Below, piece by piece: positions 60,243-64,000 of a stretch of DNA of 64,000 nucleotides. Source of the DNA: Patescibacteria group bacterium (GTDB lineage Bacteria > Acidobacteriota > Aminicenantia > UBA2199); contig DATKZA010000121.1 of the NCBI GenBank assembly GCA_035528155.1, positions 26,554 through 90,553 of the forward strand, in the 5' to 3' direction. A program made the translations under genes and the position numbers. The notes under the pieces are model-generated. The model saw nothing but the letters and a program-made list of their open reading frames with translations. It was not told the DNA's origin and did no database searches. Every line of letters begins with the position of its first letter. Position 1 is the stretch's first letter.

Positions 60243-61241
60243 TTACATCTTGATCTTGAGCTCTTTCTGGACCTGGCTTCCGTCGGCGGTATTTACCAGT
60301 GTTGTTTTGGCGGTGTACTGGCCGGGAGGGAGCTTGAGGGCGAATTCGATGATGAAAGTCTTGCCCAGCTGTTCCAACTTGTTCCTGTCAACGGAAACGG
60401 GATGCAGTTCTTCTTTTTCCAGGACTGTTTCGCCCGCTGCGTTGGCAACGAGCACCTTCAGTTTGATGCGGGTCTCCAGGGCTCCACTCTGCTCGTTCTG
60501 TACCAGGTTGGTTACGCGGTAGGGGACCTCAAACAGCAGCTTGGCCTGGCCGGGGGCGTCGGCTTGCAGGGTCAAAACGAAATCGAATTGGCGGATGTTG
60601 CGGGTGATGCCCGGCGGCTTGAGTCGCATCTGGGTGATGTTGATCATGCTCATTCTGCGGGCACTGCTTGGTTCAAGCTTGTATAAGCCTTCGCGCTCAT
60701 AATCGACGAAGATGATCGGGAAAAATCCGTAATACCATATCTCGACCGGCGGGTCGTAGAAACTGTAGCCGCTGGGGAAGACGTCGCGCCGCTCCGGCTC
60801 GCCCAGCAGGATGTAAATGCGGCCGCGGTCGCTCAGCCAGCCCGAATCGCCGCCGCGAAAAAGGTGGTTGGCGAAGTCGATGCGCCGGTAGTATTCTGTG
60901 CGGAATTCGTTTTCCGGTGTGGTGGGGTCGGGGTCCCTCTGCTTCCAGAATTCTTCGATGAACTGTTTCCTTTCATCGGTCTGGGTTCTCATGAAGATCT
61001 TTTTTTCCTTTTTGCTGATCAAATAGCGGACTTCTGAAAGGAATTGCCTGTCTTGGGGAGGCAGGGTGCGCACTGCCCGGCTGCTGCCGGAACAGGAAGC
61101 CAGCAGTTGGATAAGCAAAAAGATTCCCAAGCCGGGCCTGAGCGCCTTCCGTGCCCTTCCCTTCTGCGGCTGCGGCTGGAAATGGACAGGGGACAATCCG
61201 CCAGTAAATCCCAGCCATGAAAAAACATTTTCTTTTTTCAT
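60243..61241 (-). CDS. GWxTD-domain lipoprotein
   Basis: FWKQRDPDPTTPENEFRTEYYRRIDFANHLF...GWLSDRGRIYILLGEP matches the GWxTD signature; LLASC lipobox after an unusually long N-region. Confidence 0.7.
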   Translation of the reverse strand: MKKENVFSWLGFTGGLSPVHFQPQPQKGRARKALRPGLGIFLLIQLLASCSGSSRAVRTLPPQDRQFLSEVRYLISKKEKKIFMRTQTDERKQFIEEFWKQRDPDPTTPENEFRTEYYRRIDFANHLFRGGDSGWLSDRGRIYILLGEPERRDVFPSGYSFYDPPVEIWYYGFFPIIFVDYEREGLYKLEPSSARRMSMINITQMRLKPPGITRNIRQFDFVLTLQADAPGQAKLLFEVPYRVTNLVQNEQSGALETRIKLKVLVANAAGETVLEKEELHPVSVDRNKLEQLGKTFIIEFALKLPPGQYTAKTTLVNTADGSQVQKELKIKM

Positions 61242-61315
61242 TTGATTTTGCGATTGGATCGATTTTCAATTATATCATAATTTACATTTCTTCGCAAAGC
61301 GCTATAATGGCAATC

Positions 61316-63709
61316 ATGAAAAAGCATCTTTTGATCCTGTTTTTATTTGTAGCGGAAGCACTACTGGGTTCAACAGCGGAAAAACTGGAAACCGTGATCC
61401 AGAACAAGGACTGGCCGGCGCTGGCCGCTCGGTTTGGCGATGGCAGCCATCAACAGGCAGCCGTCTATTTTCAGGAATGCCAGAGGGTTGCCTTCAGTTC
61501 GCTGCGCCAGAACAACCTGATGTTTTTTGCCCGCTTTCGGGACTACGCCGAGATCGGCGAGATCACTTTCGCTTTCGAAAACGGCTTGTACCGGCAGTTG
61601 ACCCTGACGCGCAACATCAAGCCCCTGCATTTCATCCAGGCCTTTTCCCGTTATGACATATCCAACCGCACTCTGCGCATGGGCGACGCCGAGATCTTTT
61701 TTAAAAAGGGAGTCATCTACCAGGGGCTGCCCATGGACAACCTGTTCATTTTTTACGGGGAATGGACTTTCAGTGTCCGGCCTGAAGACAAAGAGGAGCG
61801 CTTGACCCTGCGCAGCCTGGAACGCAACGAGCAATTCAAAAAGGATGCCCAGGCCGGGGTATTCATTTCAAGCCGGCCCGAAATGGTCTCCGGCCTGCCC
61901 GATCCGCAAGCGGCGGGCGAACCGCAGGAGCAGGAAGCCAAGCTTCTTTATGAAATTTTTCAGAAAAAGTGGGGGATGCGCATCCCTTTTTTCGATGAAC
62001 TGTGGTATTTGCCTTTTGCCGCCGATTTCAACACCGCCATCTTCTTCCGCAAACCGGGAAAATCGTATTTCCGCTATATTTTCAATTCCGCTATTTCTCC
62101 CGACACCAGCCTGGTGCTATTACCGGAAAACAAGTTTTATTTGAATTACAATGCCGTACAAGGCCTTAAATTCACCACCCAGGCGGTCGATGAGCTGGAA
62201 AAACTTCAGTTGAACCTGTTCTACAACCCCAAGGTCCATTTTCTCTCCGGGACAGCCGTTCTGAATTTCAAGGAGCCTGCGAATATCAAGACGGTCAACC
62301 TTGCTCCCGGGCTGGTTGTCAAGGGCTACGGCAAGTCACAGCAGAATGAACTGCAGTTGTTCCAGCGCCAAGACACCTACTTCCTCCTGGGACCGGAACT
62401 GAATAAATTCGGTTTTTACTATGCCGGGAGCATCCAACCCAGCGATGATGACGAAGAACCGCCCCCTATCGGCATGAAGAACCGCGGGCGCGGCAACCGC
62501 GGTCGTGTTTACATTCTGAAACGCGACCAGGACTTCTATCCCAACCCGGGCCAGCATTTCTTCCCAAGCCGCGTCAAGGTTTCACTGCCGTTTCCCATGC
62601 ATTGCCTGGCCTCGGGGAGCCTGAGCTCGCAGCGGAAACTGGGAGACCACAACGAATTTGTATATGAAAGCCCAGGCACCAAGGGAGTCTCCCTGGTTTG
62701 TGGAGACTTCGAAAAATTGCTGACCGTCCCCAGTAAATTGCCAATCCAACTATACGGCCCGGCCAAGTTGAGGCTGAGGGATTTTTTCCCCGATAATGCG
62801 CTCCAGGGCTATTTTGATTTCCTGCTGGAAAAATTCGGCATGCTGGAGGTCCCTGAAGTGAACCTGTTGTTGCGCCGCTACCATGATTACGGCGGCTGGA
62901 GCAACCAGGGTTTTGTGATCTTCAATCTCCTTGATACCCGGGTCCTTGATGACGACCTGAGCGTTGTCCGGCGCATCCGCAGCGATAGTCCCGTGGTCTT
63001 CTCCGATGTCAACCGCGACAGCATGGTCCATGAATTGGCCCACCAGTGGTGGGGTGGCGTCATCTCCTGGAAATCCTATCAAGACATATGGTTGACCGAG
63101 GGGCTGGCCCAGTTCTCCACTCTGCTCTACCTGCAGGATTTCCTGGGTGAAAAACAGTTCCGCAGGGCGGTGGCCAGCACCAAAAGGTGGGTTTTTCGCA
63201 AAAATGACGCCGGACCGATCATCTACGGCCAGCGCATCGCCAATCTCAGTGAGGACCTGTATACCTACCAGAGCATCATCTACAACAAGGCGGCCCTGGT
63301 CTTTCTGATGCTCAGGGATATTCTGGGCGAGGATGAGCTGCTGGACCGCTTGCGCCAGGTCCTGGCCGATTTCAAGTACCAGAGTCTGAGCACAGCACGC
63401 TTCATTCGGCATATCAGCCAGGACAGCCAACGCCTGCGCAAGTTTTTCAAAGGCTGGATCTATACACGCCAGCTGCCGGAAGTCAGTTATCAGGTCAACT
63501 GTAGCGGAGCGAACGCCGAGATCACCTTCAGCCAAAAAAACAGCGATTTCGTTTTTCCGGTCAGCGTAAGCATTGCCACGGCCGACGGCAAGTACGTCCG
63601 CACCCTGATCGTCGAGGAAAAGGTCCAGAAATTCAAAATAGTTGAAAACACCCCCATCCAATCGATTGAAATCGATGCCGGGGTTGCACCTATTAAATTG
63701 CTGGATTAA
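61316..63709 (+). CDS. M1-family zinc metallopeptidase (aminopeptidase N-like); possibly leaderless (alternative start 61307)
   Basis: Signal peptide; HELAHQWWG then E at +19 (HEXXH-X18-E gluzincin motif); TTTACA-16-TATAAT promoter with the -10 ending 7 nt before the ATG at 61316. Confidence 0.8.
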   Translation: MKKHLLILFLFVAEALLGSTAEKLETVIQNKDWPALAARFGDGSHQQAAVYFQECQRVAFSSLRQNNLMFFARFRDYAEIGEITFAFENGLYRQLTLTRNIKPLHFIQAFSRYDISNRTLRMGDAEIFFKKGVIYQGLPMDNLFIFYGEWTFSVRPEDKEERLTLRSLERNEQFKKDAQAGVFISSRPEMVSGLPDPQAAGEPQEQEAKLLYEIFQKKWGMRIPFFDELWYLPFAADFNTAIFFRKPGKSYFRYIFNSAISPDTSLVLLPENKFYLNYNAVQGLKFTTQAVDELEKLQLNLFYNPKVHFLSGTAVLNFKEPANIKTVNLAPGLVVKGYGKSQQNELQLFQRQDTYFLLGPELNKFGFYYAGSIQPSDDDEEPPPIGMKNRGRGNRGRVYILKRDQDFYPNPGQHFFPSRVKVSLPFPMHCLASGSLSSQRKLGDHNEFVYESPGTKGVSLVCGDFEKLLTVPSKLPIQLYGPAKLRLRDFFPDNALQGYFDFLLEKFGMLEVPEVNLLLRRYHDYGGWSNQGFVIFNLLDTRVLDDDLSVVRRIRSDSPVVFSDVNRDSMVHELAHQWWGGVISWKSYQDIWLTEGLAQFSTLLYLQDFLGEKQFRRAVASTKRWVFRKNDAGPIIYGQRIANLSEDLYTYQSIIYNKAALVFLMLRDILGEDELLDRLRQVLADFKYQSLSTARFIRHISQDSQRLRKFFKGWIYTRQLPEVSYQVNCSGANAEITFSQKNSDFVFPVSVSIATADGKYVRTLIVEEKVQKFKIVENTPIQSIEIDAGVAPIKLLD

Positions 63710-64000
63710 TGAAAAAGAAGCGTCTGATTACGATTGTTTTGGCTGTTTTTTCATTCTTGGCTTTCATGGCGTGCGGCAGCCGAAAAACCGATCATTTCAA
63801 CCTGCTGGTCATAACCCTGGACACCACGCGAGCCGACGGCATCGGCGCCTATGGCAACCGGGATGCCGCCACCCCCCATATCGATCGCCTGGCTGAAAAA
63901 GGGATCATGTTCCGCAATTGCTATACACCGGTCCCCTTGACCCTGCCTGCCCATTGTTCGCTTTTCACCGGCCGCTATCCCCTGGCCCACCAGGTCAGGA
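63709..64000 (+). CDS. Sulfatase-like hydrolase/transferase (alkaline-phosphatase superfamily), 3'-partial; start overlaps the M1 peptidase stop (TAATG)
   Basis: Signal peptide/lipobox FMACGS; LVITLDTTRADGIGAYG metal-binding block; sulfatase-signature position reads T-L-P-A-H instead of C/S-x-P-x-R. Confidence 0.6.
   Translation, partial: MKKKRLITIVLAVFSFLAFMACGSRKTDHFNLLVITLDTTRADGIGAYGNRDAATPHIDRLAEKGIMFRNCYTPVPLTLPAHCSLFTGRYPLAHQVR

Overview
This is a high-GC (about 60%), gene-dense bacterial chromosomal window from a diderm organism. I annotate about 55 protein-coding genes, one tRNA-Leu(CAG), and several regulatory or repeat features. The gene content (GWxTD-domain proteins, paired CarboxypepD_reg/TonB-dependent-like receptors, SBBP-repeat lipoprotein, many PAS/GGDEF proteins) suggests an Acidobacteria-like or related environmental lineage; that placement is inference only.

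Housekeeping content includes:
- A complete accB-accC-accD-accA operon.
- The conserved rplU-rpmA-obg-nadD-rsfS-rlmH cluster, with a PspF-like sigma-54 activator embedded in it.
- recG, purN, lpxB, rlmB, nifU-nifS, hcp with a ferredoxin and a TetR regulator, and system II cytochrome c biogenesis genes ccsB and ccsA.

The most interesting region is 48.3-64 kb, and two repeat/degenerate features stand out elsewhere:
- The 48.3-64 kb region holds two paralogous ~1000-aa TonB-dependent-like outer-membrane receptors. Each is preceded by a near-perfect sigma-54 -24/-12 promoter (TGGCAT-N5-TTGC) and an identical 22-nt ribosome-binding region. They are interleaved with two GWxTD-domain proteins, a TPR protein, a secreted hypothetical, an M1 aminopeptidase and a sulfatase-like enzyme.
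- A ~1 kb non-coding hairpin/repeat island lies in that region, and the same repeat family recurs at two other intergenic sites.
- At 13.45-13.82 kb there is a degenerate, frame-disrupted GGDEF remnant.
- A stand-alone two-gene pseudopilin cassette at 16.9-17.8 kb has an apparently leaderless extended -10 promoter.

No CRISPR array, IS element or prophage was seen. Most long ORFs antisense to genes are GC-driven artefacts.
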